A stretch of 64,000 nt of DNA from Macrostomum lignano. Lineage: Eukaryota. The translations under genes were made by a program, and so were the position numbers. The notes beneath the pieces were generated by a model. It was given only the letters and a program-made list of their open reading frames with translations. It was not told the DNA's origin and did no database searches. How positions within the stretch are numbered: position 1 is the stretch's first letter; each line of letters begins with the position of its first letter. The stretch is taken from contig NIVC01002406.1 in assembly GCA_002269645.1 (NCBI GenBank), positions 62,001-126,000 on the forward strand, written 5' to 3'. Positions 31,659 to 43,978 of this stretch are shown here, piece by piece.

Positions 31659-32329
31659 CTAAAATGTTCTCAGGCCTTGTTCTTAGGCCTGTTAACCGGT
31701 TAACAGGCCTCGTTTTGAGTTCTCAGGCTTCGTTTTTTAGTGAGGTTTGGCCATAGACTATTGTTCCACTAGAAAAGAAGGAGCCTAGTAATTTAGTGTG
31801 AACCGTCATATCTGTAGGTTAATCTTTATTCATACCCCCGATGAGCACTTGCTCAGACTCAGAAAATATTCTCACGATTGAGCAATTGCTCCGACTAGAG
31901 TTTGAGAATGTTCTCCTGAGCAATTACTCTTTTTATTCATACGGGCTATTGTCGCCAAACAAGCTATTTAGTTGACGTTAAATGAAAACAAGCTGCACCA
32001 GGTCGGTGGAGCTTATAGCTCCATTTAGGCGATGGAAAATCATGCTTTTCCAAATGGGTCTGACTCTAGATTCTAGAAACCAAATAGATAGTGTGTACCG
32101 ATATTAATTACGAGCTAGAAGTCAAAAAGCGTCACTTGGCGTCGAAGCACATCAGAGATGTTGTCCGAAAAATTCAAGTGAATTCTGTGAGTTGACACAA
32201 GGATCGAAAAAGTTTATTAAGCACTTTTAATCATTTTGGTTTAATTTTCATTACGTGTTGACTGCCTTCTAACTCAAACTTTTACTTCAAGTAAGTCACC
32301 TCGTTTTCGAGTTTTACCGATGTCACAGA

Positions 32330-32820
32330 GCAGCCTCTGATCCTGCTTTTTTAGCCGGGTTCACGGCCTCTGCCGGAAATGGAGCGAATGGCGCTCCGCA
32401 TCCAACATCTTCAGTTCAAACTCGAGTACCGCACCGGCGGATGGAACCCGTGAGATCTTCTAAGCGATGTCGATGTCAGTCGATGTCAACACGTCTGTCT
32501 TGCGCGATCGGTGAAACTCTGGACGCCTCCTAAATCACCGCAATGGTCGAAATTGCTGTCCCCAGCGGTCTATCTCTAGAGGACTTGAAAAGAGCCACCG
32601 GAAGCGACATGGACATCCAGCTTGCCATCACCAGCATCAAGACACGGCATTGGTACCAGCACATCAGCACGCAGCGAAAATTTAAAGAAATCGAACACCT
32701 TGCTGTGAGAAAGCGATGGAATTTTACTCTGCGGTAATTTGATCGTCGTGCCTTCATTGCTGCGGCAGCAGGTCTTGACACTTGCACACACCGGACATCT
32801 TAGCGCCCTGCGGACTCTCC
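32330..32820 (+). pseudogene. Degenerate Gypsy pol fragment (RNase H end to integrase zinc-binding region)
   Basis: ERMALRIQHLQFKLEYRTGGWNP*DLLS and IVVPSLLRQQVLTLAHTGHL. Confidence 0.78.
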
Positions 32821-33005
32821 GCTGGAAAATGAAGCCTTACATGATATATTTACATAAAATTGTATATTCGCAAATTTGCTGTTTGTTATCCACGTGCAGC
32901 AAAACATTTACATGTATTAATTAGATTCGATTCAATTTTATATTGCAAAAAATCTCTGATTAAGTCACCATCACCATTTGTGTGCTGGGGCGCTGGGGTC
33001 CGCGC

Positions 33006-33797
33006 TCAGAACTGGCCAGGGGTGCGGGCTCTGCCCCGGCCTGTGTCGTTTCCCGACGGCTGATTGCATTTCCTGGCGATGTGGCCGCGGCGGTGGCAGT
33101 TCCAGCAGGTCACCTCGCGCTGTCTCCTCGCACTGCGAATCGCGCAGGAGTCCGAAACCTCTGAGCCCAGCTTCGCCGCCAGGTCTTGGACCGTCGCCTG
33201 CAGTGAGCTGACCGTAGCCCTCAGTTCTGCCGTCTCCGCGCTGCCTGCAGCTCCGGCTGCCGCTGCAAGAGGCTGCTTGAATCCGTCCGTGGTGGCAGAA
33301 GGCAGCTCCAGTAGCAGTTGTGCCCGTGCGAGAGCATCACTCACGGTCTTGGCTGACGCGTCCGCTCTGATCTGCTTGCTGATGTCCACCGGCAGTCCGC
33401 GGATGAACTGGTGAGTCAGCATGGTGGCCGTTGCGCCTGCCTCGCTGATGCCAGCGTCCTTTAGCAGCTGCTTCAGGTGATAGAGAAAGAGCCGAGGAGA
33501 TTCGCCCGGCAGCAGCTTCCGGCTCTCGAATGCATCCAGCGCTGAGAATTGCTGGCTGTCCGGGTGAAATGCCTGGCTCAGAGCTTTGGTCACTTTGCTG
33601 TAGTCGCTCTTGCTATTCTCGTCGAGCTCAAGAAAAACAGCCAGAGCCTCACCATCCAAAAACGTTGGCAGGTGCAAATGCTTGTCATTTACCCACTTGT
33701 TGGCTGCCGCGCACAGCTCAAACCGCTGGAGCCACTCCTTGAAGTTGCCTGAGCTGAACGCCCTGGGAATCGCACGGTGACTGCCGCCCTCTGCCAT
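33006..33797 (-). CDS. gag: Gag with CCHC zinc knuckle
   Basis: Starts MAEGG right after the PBS. FKEWLQRFELCAAANKW; CWNCHRRGHIARKC. Confidence 0.88.
   Translation of the reverse strand: MAEGGSHRAIPRAFSSGNFKEWLQRFELCAAANKWVNDKHLHLPTFLDGEALAVFLELDENSKSDYSKVTKALSQAFHPDSQQFSALDAFESRKLLPGESPRLFLYHLKQLLKDAGISEAGATATMLTHQFIRGLPVDISKQIRADASAKTVSDALARAQLLLELPSATTDGFKQPLAAAAGAAGSAETAELRATVSSLQATVQDLAAKLGSEVSDSCAIRSARRQREVTCWNCHRRGHIARKCNQPSGNDTGRGRARTPGQF
33014..33054 (-). other. -1 frameshift signal: G_GGA_AAC, 6-nt spacer, 8-bp stem, possible pseudoknot
   Basis: Canonical slippery heptamer in the gag frame. ggccgggg pairs with cccctggcc. Loop ccgc could pair with downstream gcgg. Confidence 0.75.
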
Positions 33798-33802
33798 AGT
33801 AC

Positions 33803-33814
33803 GCTCTGCTACCA
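33803..33814 (-). promoter_or_regulatory. Primer-binding site complementary to initiator tRNA-Met
   Basis: TGGTAGCAGAGC lies 2 nt after the LTR terminal CA. Confidence 0.85.
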
Positions 33815-34266
33815 CTTGTAACACGCGGTATTTGGCAGCACCAAAAACACGAAGGCCCCGTGAGGCAGTGATCGCTTTATTTATGCAAGTTGAAGTTAAG
33901 CCTGCGATGTACATAGACAGCGAACGTACATTAAATCAATACGATGATTCAGCTAATTATTTGTCACGATTGCTAACAGTTCAGACTGCCTCTAAGGCAA
34001 GGAATAAAATATTACACTTGGTCACTTCAAAAATCATGCACATTTACACAACATACTCGTTTACTCTACGATGTGGATAAAAACTAAAGTGGTCTATTGT
34101 TTCGACTATAAGAATTTAGCTTCTAGACTCTAAACTAGCCATCTATAGTGTCCCTCTTCGGGGCGGCCAATACGAAAGGGACTAAAATTATTAATTTGAA
34201 TCCTTTAAAATGAAAGAAGATTTTCTTAAAAGCATTCCTTCTTCAGTTTTATAAATCACCTCTCTT

Positions 34267-34817
34267 AGCCTTGACATCTCAGCAATTCCTTCCAAGCCTC
34301 GACATCAGCAATTCCTTCCAAGCCTCGACATCAGCAGTTCCTTCCAAGCCTCGACATCAGCAATTCCTTCCAAGCCTCGACATCAGCAATTCCCCGAAGC
34401 CTTGACATCTCAGCAATTCCCCCCAAGCCTTGACATCTCAGCACTTCCCCTAAGCCTTGACATCTCAGCAATTCCCCCCAAGCCTTGACATCTCAGCACT
34501 TCTCCCAAGCCTTGACATCTCAGCAATTACCCCGAAGCCCTGACATCTCAGCAATTCCCCCCAAGCCTTGACATCTTAGCAATTCCTCCTAAGCCTTGAC
34601 ATCTCAGCAATTACCCCGAAGCTCTGACATCTCAGCAATTCCCCCTAAGCCTTGACATCTCAGCACTTTCCCCAAGAGTTGACATCTCAGCACTTCTCCC
34701 AAGCCTTGACATCTCAGCAATTCCCTCAAGCCTTGAAATCGCAGCAATTCCCTCAAGCCTTGACATCTCAGCAATTCCCCTTAACCTTGAAATATCAGTA
34801 ATTCCCCCCAAGCCTTT
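34267..34817. repeat. Minisatellite with a 26-29 bp unit (ccaagccttgacatctcagcaattccc), about 20 copies
   Basis: Seen directly. Confidence 0.95.
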
Positions 34818-35430
34818 CTAGAAATCTTAGCAAATCGACTATAGAATTTCGTTTTTACATCTTGACATCTAAGCGAAGGGCAATACAATTGGCGCAAGTT
34901 TTAAAACAACTTTCTAGTGCAGAAGCAACTTAAATTGGAAACGTGTCTTGACCAGTTAAAGAGACAAAAAGAGGAATAGCAACAATTTTTAGTCATAACT
35001 ATGAGTGAAGTACTTAGCTACTTGAAATTCGTCCTCTAGAAAATGAAGAAAAGAATTTATCTCTCTTCAGTGGCACGTCAGAACCCTTCTTGCCTTGATA
35101 GCTACACCACTAATGCAGTCGTGCTTTTGGATAGAAATTGTGAATTTTTGCGTACGCCAAAGACATAAGATGAATTAAAACGCGGCGCGAGGCGACCCCG
35201 AATTCGCTCAACTTCTACAGCGAGACTATACAGCACTTGCTCATAAAGCACAGTCACACGGCAAGCCATTTCATATTGTCTTGCCATCCTACCCATGCAT
35301 TCTGTCTCTTTGGTGGAGAAAAATATAAAACGATGCGCTCTGCCTTTTTTGACTTGCCAATTATTTCTCACTGAGGCATTCATTTTTAGAGCCTCTGCTG
35401 AATGCTCTACTGAAGAGGTGAAAAAACTGC

Positions 35431-37812
35431 ATGGAGCAACAGATTTATCAGCAGACGGTGGTGGCCGCGCCAGTGGTTGATCGCCAGTTCAACGAAGAGT
35501 GCCTTGAAGCACACAATGTCTATCGAGCGCTGCACGGTTGTCCCCCGCTGGTTTTCTCCGCCAAACTTGCCAGACAGGCTCAGAAATGGGCGGAGCAGCT
35601 GGCTATCGCTGGCTACCTGAAGCACAGTCCCAATGCCGCTGGAAACTTTGGTGAGAACGTGGCCTTGAAGATGGCACTCAGGAGTCGCGACTATCGCGGC
35701 AGTCAGGCTGCAGCCCAGTGGTACTCGGAGATCGAGATGTTCAACTTTGATGGCGAGGAGAATCAATCCAGATGCGGTAAGCAGTGAAATCGAGAAAATT
35801 GAAACATTAAAAAACAATAATATATATTTTTAATTTACTGAGAGTATTACATAATTGCACCTCTTGTTCTAAAATTATTTCTTGCTCAAGAAATCGATAA
35901 TCCGTTAGATATGGATGATCAAATTTTAGCGAGCAATAGCTCTGGTCTTTATTAATTTATCGATTCTCTAATTTCAGGGCACTTCTCGCAGGTCGTATGG
36001 AAGTCGACTCGCAAAGTTGGCTTTGGCAAAGCAGTGTCGGAAGAAGATGGGAAAATGTTCGCGGTGGGACACTACTTCCCACCTGGCAACATGCTGAACT
36101 GCTGGGTAGCTAATATCCCGCCGCCTCTATCCGGACAGATCAACATACCCAGCCACGAAGACATAAGTGAGACTTAAACTTGTTTTTGGCAATAGACAAT
36201 CAACCTATTTTTGTTGAAACGTGCTGCAACATGACACGCAGCCTTATATTAAGCTTAAATTTTACGCTGCCAATTCATGACTCGATTTTCAGTGGGTGCT
36301 GACGTGTCCCAGTCCGCTACGAAGAAGTTCAGCTCCAATCAATCGCTGGTGGATGACTCGAACCCTGCAAGCCGTCTTCTACTCACAGCATCACAGGAGT
36401 TTGGCGATTTGACGCAATTTGAACCCAAGCCAAAGGATTCGCAGGATCGGCAGGTTGGCAGCTTCTGATCAGATTCTTTGAAACGTTTTGGAAATTAGTT
36501 TAACCAGGGACGCGATAGTTGAAGTAACGGTAGTGCACGGGTTGGACTTGTAGTTTTTTGCCATAAAGTGATACTGATAATTTTAATCGATTTCATACTA
36601 TCCTTCTTTAGATCGGAAAATCCACAAAAACGCGAATACTAAACGGCGAAAAGTCTTTGATTATCACCGTGACCTTCATGCGTCCCGACGGTAGTCGCTA
36701 CCAAGTTACTGATCAGATTGCAGTACAGGATTCCTCGGGGCTTATACCCACTGGCAACCGCCACCACCACCACCACCACCATGAGGTTTATGACGATGAT
36801 AATGACGGCGAAGACACCAACTGCACCGGATTCTCGCCCAGTAGATTTGCAGCCGAGATGCTCCAGGCGCACAACAAACTGCGAGAGCGGCACAAGGTGC
36901 CTGAGCTGCACCGTTCCGACTCACTAAATAGCCTGGCTCAGAAATGGGCTGAGCAGCTGCTGCTGGACGGAAATTCGCTTCGCCGATGCGAGTCACCTGA
37001 GGCCCGCAGTCTAGGCCAGAGCGTGGCGCGGCGTCCGGGCAGCTGGACAGCCCTGCGGCCAGCTCCGCCTGGGCTGGGACCGGCTGCTCAGCTGGCGAGG
37101 CAGTGGTACAGCGAGATGAAGGGTTTCGACTTTTCCAGGCTTGGCGACGAGACACGTTGCGAACTTAATGGAGGTGATGTTTCTTGCATTTTTCTTCTAA
37201 ACGTATACCTGTACAATTAGATGGATGAAATCTGTCCTAAATCCTAGCTTTGTCATCCATGCATGTTTTCAACGACAATTAGCAACCTAATTTGCTGCAG
37301 AAAATTCTTTTTTCACAACTGTATTTCATTTAATTTTAAGTAAAACAGGACAAACCTGCAGACTGCAAAAACAAAAAACGGTAGGCGCGAAAAGTTGGAG
37401 CTATAATTACAGGCGTTTAATTTCTATATTTCTATTCTAGAGAATTCTAGTGGTTTCTGGGATTTATTTGCCATTTATTGCACTTTTACGTATGGGTGGT
37501 GTTTTTGCTGCGTCTTCAGACTTGTTTACTCAACGGTACAACCAGGAAAAACTTGAAGACTTATTAATTTTGTAATTGTATTGATCTTGTAAAAAACGCA
37601 ACAACATTTTCACTGCAGGTCACTTCACTCAAATGGTGTGGCGGGCAACCAAGAAGCTGGGCGTTGGCTGTGCAGTTGACGCCAACACCGGGAACGCATG
37701 CGCCGTGTGTTTCTATCACCCCTGCGGCAACATAGCCGGCCAATTTTCCGACAATGTCCCTCCTCCATACGATAATGGACTTGATAAAGGACTTTCAACT
37801 CCGGAATCTTGA
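35431..37812 (+). CDS. Host gene: tandem CAP/SCP-domain protein, GAPR-1/GLIPR2-like; exons 35431-35776, 35978-36166, 36293-36453, 36612-37173, 37619-37812
   Basis: All four GT-AG introns keep the frame. Domain 1: HNVYRALHG, GENVA, QWYSE, GHFSQVVW, YFPPGN. Domain 2: HNKLRERH, QWYSE, GHFTQMVW, YHPCGN. An in-frame stop lies upstream of the ATG. Confidence 0.9.
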
Positions 37813-38334
37813 CATTACTCGGTACTTTTTTCAGGTTTCCAAGCTATCTCCAGAAGTACACGTATGCTCACTAAATTTGAACTGAAAACAGTCTATAATT
37901 AATATCAAACTTTTAACCTGATATAGAATGCACATCTATACATATGGATGGAAATTATCATTTGCCTATACATGTATAGCCTTATAATTACGAGCGTATA
38001 TAATTTTTACTCACTGAACCTGCGCTGAAGTCTGCGCTGATATATTTCTACGCTGCAGAGCCGGCATTGGCCGATTGTGTGAAATTCCTTCCATGCCAAG
38101 CTATTATTATGCAAAAACAAATTATTTTTAAAGCATAAATAAACTTTAAAAATGCTATATATATAGTTCCCTCTATAATTCAATAGAGTAATCTAGGCCA
38201 TAAATCATCAGACTCAAGGTAATAAATGCAGATCAATTGTGCGTGTAAAGTTAGTTAGCTTTTTAATTGGGGCAAGGAGAGAGCACGAGAACGATTGATC
38301 CACACCAATATGGACACGCTCTGTAACCCGCGCG

Positions 38335-39900
38335 AAGCACATTCACTACTGAGAGCGCCAGAGGATTTCGCTCGCCGCGGCCCTGGCTTCTTAGGCAGTG
38401 GCCAAGTAACATCTGACGACGTTTACGGATAGTGCAGCTGAGCGCGGGAACACCAGCGCGAGTCATCAGGTCCCTAGTCGGCACAGTATCAGGGTAGTGC
38501 ACGCCCAGGGCATAGCGGAGCAGCGACCTGTAGTGAGCATCCAGGGCTTGCTGTCGCGTCGCAGTCATTGGCACAGCCTCCATGCCATATAGGAGAATCG
38601 GCTCAACGGCAGTGCAGAAAAGGCGCATCTTTAGGTCGTCGCGACGGTTTTTCGATCCGAAGTTGTAGCTATCAACCAGTGCGCTGAGCATTTGCACAAA
38701 GCTGGCATCAGCAGCTTTGACATTTATTTTTGCTCTGACAGCCAGGCCGCTATTAAGGCCTTGTCTTCAATCAACCTCTCAACCAAGTCAGTTTCAGACT
38801 GCCTCAAAAGCTTGCAGACCCTAGCGATTCTTAACAGGATCAATGTTATCTGGACACCAGGCCATAGCAACATCCTCGGCAACGAGCTTGTGGATCAGCT
38901 TGCCAAGCGGGGTTGCACCCCTGATGGAGCGCAACGCTCAGTCAAGTTACCTTCTCCGAAGTCATCGCTCAACCGCGCCATTCAAGATTGGCTGAACCGC
39001 CAGCATCAGACTCACTGGGACAGCTGCTCCGAATACCGGCAAGCACGAAAGGCTATGCCTGCCATTAACCGGAAAGTATCCGAATATCTAATCTTCTTAA
39101 GTAAAACTGACCTGAGGGAGATGTGCATGGTCATTACTGGCCATGGCTTCTTCCAGAGAACAAAATGGCTGCTCCCCTATCTGCCCATTCTGTGATTTAG
39201 AAGAGGAAACCTCGACGCACCACGTCACTTTCTGGCCGCACTTCAACGAGGCGCGGAGGCGTCACCTCGGTCACCCGCTAAGGCTTTGACGAGCTCACCA
39301 CTCCGGACCGGATCCGTGACCTACGCGCATTCGTTCGGGATTCTGGGCGGATGAAGATCGCAGACGCCACTTTCGCGAGCTCTTCTGCTGCCGGCGAGGG
39401 GTGGGCGCAGCCCCAAGGCTAACGCCTTTCTGTTTTTAGCTTGGGGTTGCGATAGGGGCCTCGCGGCCTATTCGCGGCGCTCTGCCCCCCCCCCTCCCCG
39501 TCGGTAGTAAAAGTAGTAGGTCGTCGCGAGCGGTTGAATTGAAGACGCTCCTGAGCATGCGTGCCGCATGCCAGGCCTGAGTCCTCCTGTCAGAGACAAT
39601 GGTGTCGGGGCTCAGGACAAGGGAGCCGAGGTAGCGGAAGTCCTCGCACACCTTGACGACTTCTCCATTTGGAAGAGCTAGCGCAGGGGTAGTTGCAGTG
39701 CCCACGTGGAGCACCTCAGTCTTGGATGCGTTGATCACCAAGCCAACTCGGGTGCCCTCTTCGTAGAGTCTAGACAGAGCCCGTTGGGCAGCAGCCGGAT
39801 CGCGACACAGAAGGGCAATGTCGTCAGCATAGGCGAGAGCAGGCAGCGAGACGGCGGGATGTCGGGAGCTTCGGCGTGAGACCAGCACATAGCTGGTGAC
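38335..39900 (-). mobile_element. RTE-like non-LTR RT fragment split by a nested LINE
   Basis: LAYADDIALL and FRYLGS in 39517-39900 continue as RDDLKMRLFCTAVEPILLYG in 38335-38644. Confidence 0.82.
38645..39516 (+). mobile_element. 5'-truncated RNase H-bearing non-LTR retrotransposon with a 13-bp TSD
   Basis: VFRSEVVAI, FCSDSQAAIKAL and WTPGHSNILGNELVDQLAK motifs. (AGT)n-like tail. taggtcgtcgcga is duplicated at 38632-38644 and 39517-39529. Confidence 0.88.
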
Positions 39901-40152
39901 CACCACTAAGTACATGTGAATTAGCTCTCGCGGCAGGGCTCACGCGCAGTCACGGGTTGTTCTGATCGAGTTTCGCAGCATGTTGTATTACATGCATGTA
40001 CATGATGCGCCAAGCAGTCGGATCCTCGGCTAAACGTCGGGTAATGATCGGTAATGCAGACATCTCCCAGTTAAGCCTAACATTTGCCATGCCGGAATAT
40101 TAAATAATCAAAGTCAGGTAAAGAGTCGACTCGGCGATTGCGCTAATACATA

Positions 40153-42199
40153 TGATGGGTGTAGCTTCGGGCCTCGGAACTCAGAAATGAATCACTTAAA
40201 GCTCCGGCCTCTCACTCCTGTCAGATGGTCAGCCCCGTGGTAGCAAGATTGTGGGCGAGCAGAAAGGTCCTATAGCTAAGAGAAGACAGCGAGAGACAAG
40301 CAGGGAGAATTTGAAAGGTAGAGATTAGCTAATCCACAGATTAACCAACCCGCTGCCACCAGTCCGTGCGCCCCGGCTCACCAAACCGGAGCTATCGAAA
40401 TCGGACTTCCGACTAGAGGGGCACTGCACTTACCTGCCATCTAGTGTCTTTTAGCTGTCTATCTCGACGTCATAGCCGAATAGAAGGGACACTACTGGGA
40501 CTAAGATCGCATTGGCCATGCAGGGACAGAGAGGACTTTTGCAGGGGGTTCTTGCGCTGGCGAGCCTTTATACACGCTGGCGAATTCCCAGAAGTACATG
40601 TACAAGTACACGTAACTGCACACCTTTGGCACTAAATGTGTTAACGCGTCGACAGATAGCGATGATGTAGGTGTATTGCCGCATTTGGAGACCTTTAGAC
40701 TAACATTTAACTCGTTTTAGCCGCTTAGCTGCCTGAGACTGTGCGAAAGCACCAGTCTGGCACTTAGGTTGCATGCATGCTTATCATGATTGCTTAGATC
40801 GACTGATTGACTGGGAACTGTGCCGCTTCCGGTCCACTGTGACCTCTGCCCCTAGATCTAGCCACTCATCTCAGCTGGCATTGCGAAAAAGAAAGAAAAC
40901 ACTAAGTCTTTAACTTCCAGATTTAACTTTCTCACTTAATGCGCAATCCTAAACACCTTAGATTGAATCAGAGCAAATGGCTACTTTTAGTATTATATGA
41001 AACTTCTGCCTCGAGTTTGGCACGCAAAAAGCAAGTAAGCAAAAGTGCAAATCCTATCAGACTATAGGAAGGGGTCAGACAAAGGGTGCACCCAGTTAAG
41101 CAGGTCAAGAAAGCCTCTCACCAAACCAATCAGAGGACCTAACTGCCGGTAGCCAAGGGATCCGCAGAGACCGAAGCGCTCGGATGGGATGCTGCTGCTG
41201 ATCTTAACTGACGAGTGCCGCCGGTACTCTTCACTTGCCGGTTGTCGTTGCTGCTCTCAGATCACTGCCGGGAGATATTGATTATGCTTCTCAGGGGGAA
41301 CTTAGCTGTTGAAGCCGAAACTGCCGGGAGAAGGGGGATCAGGTCGGCAGGACCGCAGGGAGAAGAGCCTGAAGGCAATATCAGGCCAAGTCGAGCTCCC
41401 GAGACGGCAGGGTTACTTTCGAGCGCGGGTCGAGTTGCCGCCTTTTATAGCTCTCATGTGGCTGATTTGTTATAACGCGCGCCGAATTTTCTGATTTAAA
41501 ACGTATCTTGGCTGAGAGCTTTCGTTAAAATAGGCGCCGAATTTTCCGATTGGACGAGCCGGGGGCAGTCAGGTCGTCTCTGATTGGCTGAGCTCAAGAC
41601 CCCAAAACCCACCCCACCAGGTGGCCTTCAGACCCCAGGGAAGTTGACAGGTGCGGTCATAAATCATGTACGTGCAAAGCATAATAAAAGTCACTTGTCT
41701 TGACATCCTGGCGCCAAGAGTGACTGCAAAACGCCCATAAATCAAGGGAGAGGGTAACAGAGCGAGTGGGGAGAAAGCTGGAGAGACCTCTTTGACCCAG
41801 ACAGGCTGGAGCCAAAAGTGACAGCTAGACCATCATAAATCACTAAAAATAGTGAAAAAGTCACAAATCACTGAATCAGGGGGGTCAGAATGAGATCAAA
41901 AACATTCCTCCCAGACTTAGTGTCGCCTGTCTAGACTGTTAGAGGTTAGAGGTCAATCCGTCGATCAGACCCAGACAGTCTGACCTTCAAAGATGCGTAA
42001 ACAACCCAAAATTAGAATCCTAAGGGAAGTACATTGAGTATCTAACATAATTAATAATAATGTCAATAATTAGTGTAGAACCCAGCCTAAGATGAGAGAA
42101 TAGGGAGAAAGTCCTAAGCTAGCCTACTGACAGTAGGGGAAAGAACGCATCGGAGCAAAATGTGCGGTTTTAAGATTGAAAAAAGATGCGTCCTCATCA
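40153..42199 (-). mobile_element. Solo LTR (2047 bp), related to the LTR at 16113-18100
   Basis: TGATG...CATCA termini. 4-bp TSD cata at 40149-40152 and 42200-42203. Minus-strand TATAAAA at 41443-41449. Confidence 0.9.
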
Positions 42200-42439
42200 C
42201 ATATACATGTACATTATGTATATAATCGATGAGCAAAAATTGAGAATTGGGTGAGCAGCTGGGCGCTAATGACTGAGCTTTTTCGGGAGAAAGCTGCCTT
42301 CTAACAGATATATAGGCAGTTCACCCTTGACATCTGACGAGTGCAACAGCATCTGGCTTTCAAATATTGGTTCTTCATGCAATCCCGGATCGTTCATCTT
42401 GAGCTTCATGTACACGAAATAAAAAGCAATTATTGAATA

Positions 42440-42620
42440 AGTCCAAATATGAACTGATTCACTAACTTGGAACTGTTCCTTTAACTTCTGCTAAATTTTC
42501 TGCAACGTCAACACAGGATTTGTCTCAATTGCATCGAGTAGTAGTTGGTCCTGAGGCTCCAGCAACTTGCCTAGACGCGATTGCCACCGTTTCGCAGGCG
42601 ACGTACAGCGCTATGCCGGA
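42440..42620 (-). pseudogene. Possible IS630/Tc1-type transposase HTH fragment
   Basis: KLLEPQDQLLLDAIETNPVLTLQKI*QKLKEQFQVSES resembles the P.xTL.E....L...F.V helix pattern. Short and degenerate. Confidence 0.3.
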
Positions 42621-42989
42621 ATGGTTAGATTAGATTAACCTTAGATTAACTTAGATAGACCTACAGATTAGATTACATTGAAACCTTGCAATTAATTTTC
42701 CTTCAAATGTTCACCTCTGCCGAGTAAATCTACACAAGCCAATAATCGACAATCGACAGTCTATCAAATTAAAAGGTTAAATTCTGGGGCTGATGTTGCT
42801 CCTCCGCAACAGTACTAGTTGCAAAAGAAGCTATGGACCAAACTGATGCTTGTTGGACCAAATTAAAAGCCGCTGTGCCAGCCTTGCTCCCTTACATTGG
42901 CAAACGTATCTTGGATGAAATTCAATGCGCGTAAGCCCAAATGGACCGCAAAAATAGCTATATTGCCCGATGAAAACGTTACCGTGACA

Positions 42990-43560
42990 AGAATCGTATT
43001 AGAATCGTTTTAGTGATTCAAATACGCGTCAAGTGATTCAAATGCGCTTCAAGTGATTCAGAAACGATTCTTGTGATCCTAAAACGCTTCTGGGGTGGGT
43101 GAGTGAGTCGCACCAATTTTTCTGATGGCTAGAATCGTTTCTGAATCGTTTTTGAAGCGTATCTGATGCGTTTCAATTCTTTGCAAGTTTCTGCAGCGTG
43201 TTAGAATGAAAGTATATGTGCTGCTGCTGCACAGTATTATCCCGATGAAAACGTGACTGTGGCCTAGAATCGTAAATGAAGCGTTTGCGTCGTATTTGAA
43301 TCGCTTTTGAAGCGTTTTGGAGTTGCACTGGGGGATAGGAGGGAAAGTAATTCTGTGTGATTCAAAACCGACGAGATGTCACGGTACACGTCGTAAAAGA
43401 CGCGCGTTTGAAGCGTTTCTGAATCACTTTGAAGCGTTTTGTGGAAACGCGTCAAAAACGATTCAGGTGACGCGTTTTAGCGGCGTTTCTGAATCGCTTC
43501 TGACTCGCACTTGAATCGTTTGAATAGAGCTATCGCTGAAGCGTATCTGACGCGTTGTTG
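42990..43560. repeat. Degenerate array of gaatcg/cgattc and gaagcg motifs in both orientations
   Basis: Seen directly; cccgatgaaaacgt is repeated near 42966 and 43241. Confidence 0.65.
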
Positions 43561-43822
43561 ACGCGCTTTTGACTCTGAGTTGTAATTTGAGTAAGTTTTT
43601 CATATTTGAAGCATTTCCGGTTCCCTTTTGCTTCTTGTAGTCCTTATAGTATCATACTTTCTAGGAAAGGAATTGCTACAAGAACTGTGCACACGTGGAG
43701 TCGTTTAATCCGAGAAATAAAATTTATCAGTATGTGTCCCGCGGCCGCTATCCATTAAATTGTTTAATCCTGAATCGAAATACACTAGCTATCAGCTCAC
43801 TACTGCCTGTGTAGCTAACTAT

Positions 43823-43978
43823 CAGTAGCGCAACCAGAAATTTTTTGAGGGGGGCGGATTCTGAGGGTAAAGTCCCGGGAGGGGGGCAGAGGGTGGCTCT
43901 GTTTTTTTGCGAAAATTCACTTGGTCCCCCTTTTGATTTTTTTTCGGTCCCCCGCCCCCCCCCCTGGTTGCGCCACTG
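43823..43978. mobile_element. hAT-like MITE (156 bp)
   Basis: TIR cagtagcgcaaccag / ctggttgcgccactg. 8-bp TSD ctaactat / ctaactgt. Confidence 0.75.

Larger units (their letters stand above)
32975..34016 (-). mobile_element. 5' fragment of a Gypsy element: 200-bp LTR, PBS, gag, truncated just after gag
   Basis: LTR TGTAA...TTACA at 33817-34016 with a minus-strand AATAAA, followed by a PBS and a gag with a CCHC knuckle. Confidence 0.88.

Noticed and set aside
34267-34817. Possible CRISPR array
   Set aside because: Head-to-tail minisatellite with no spacers, in a eukaryotic context with no cas genes.
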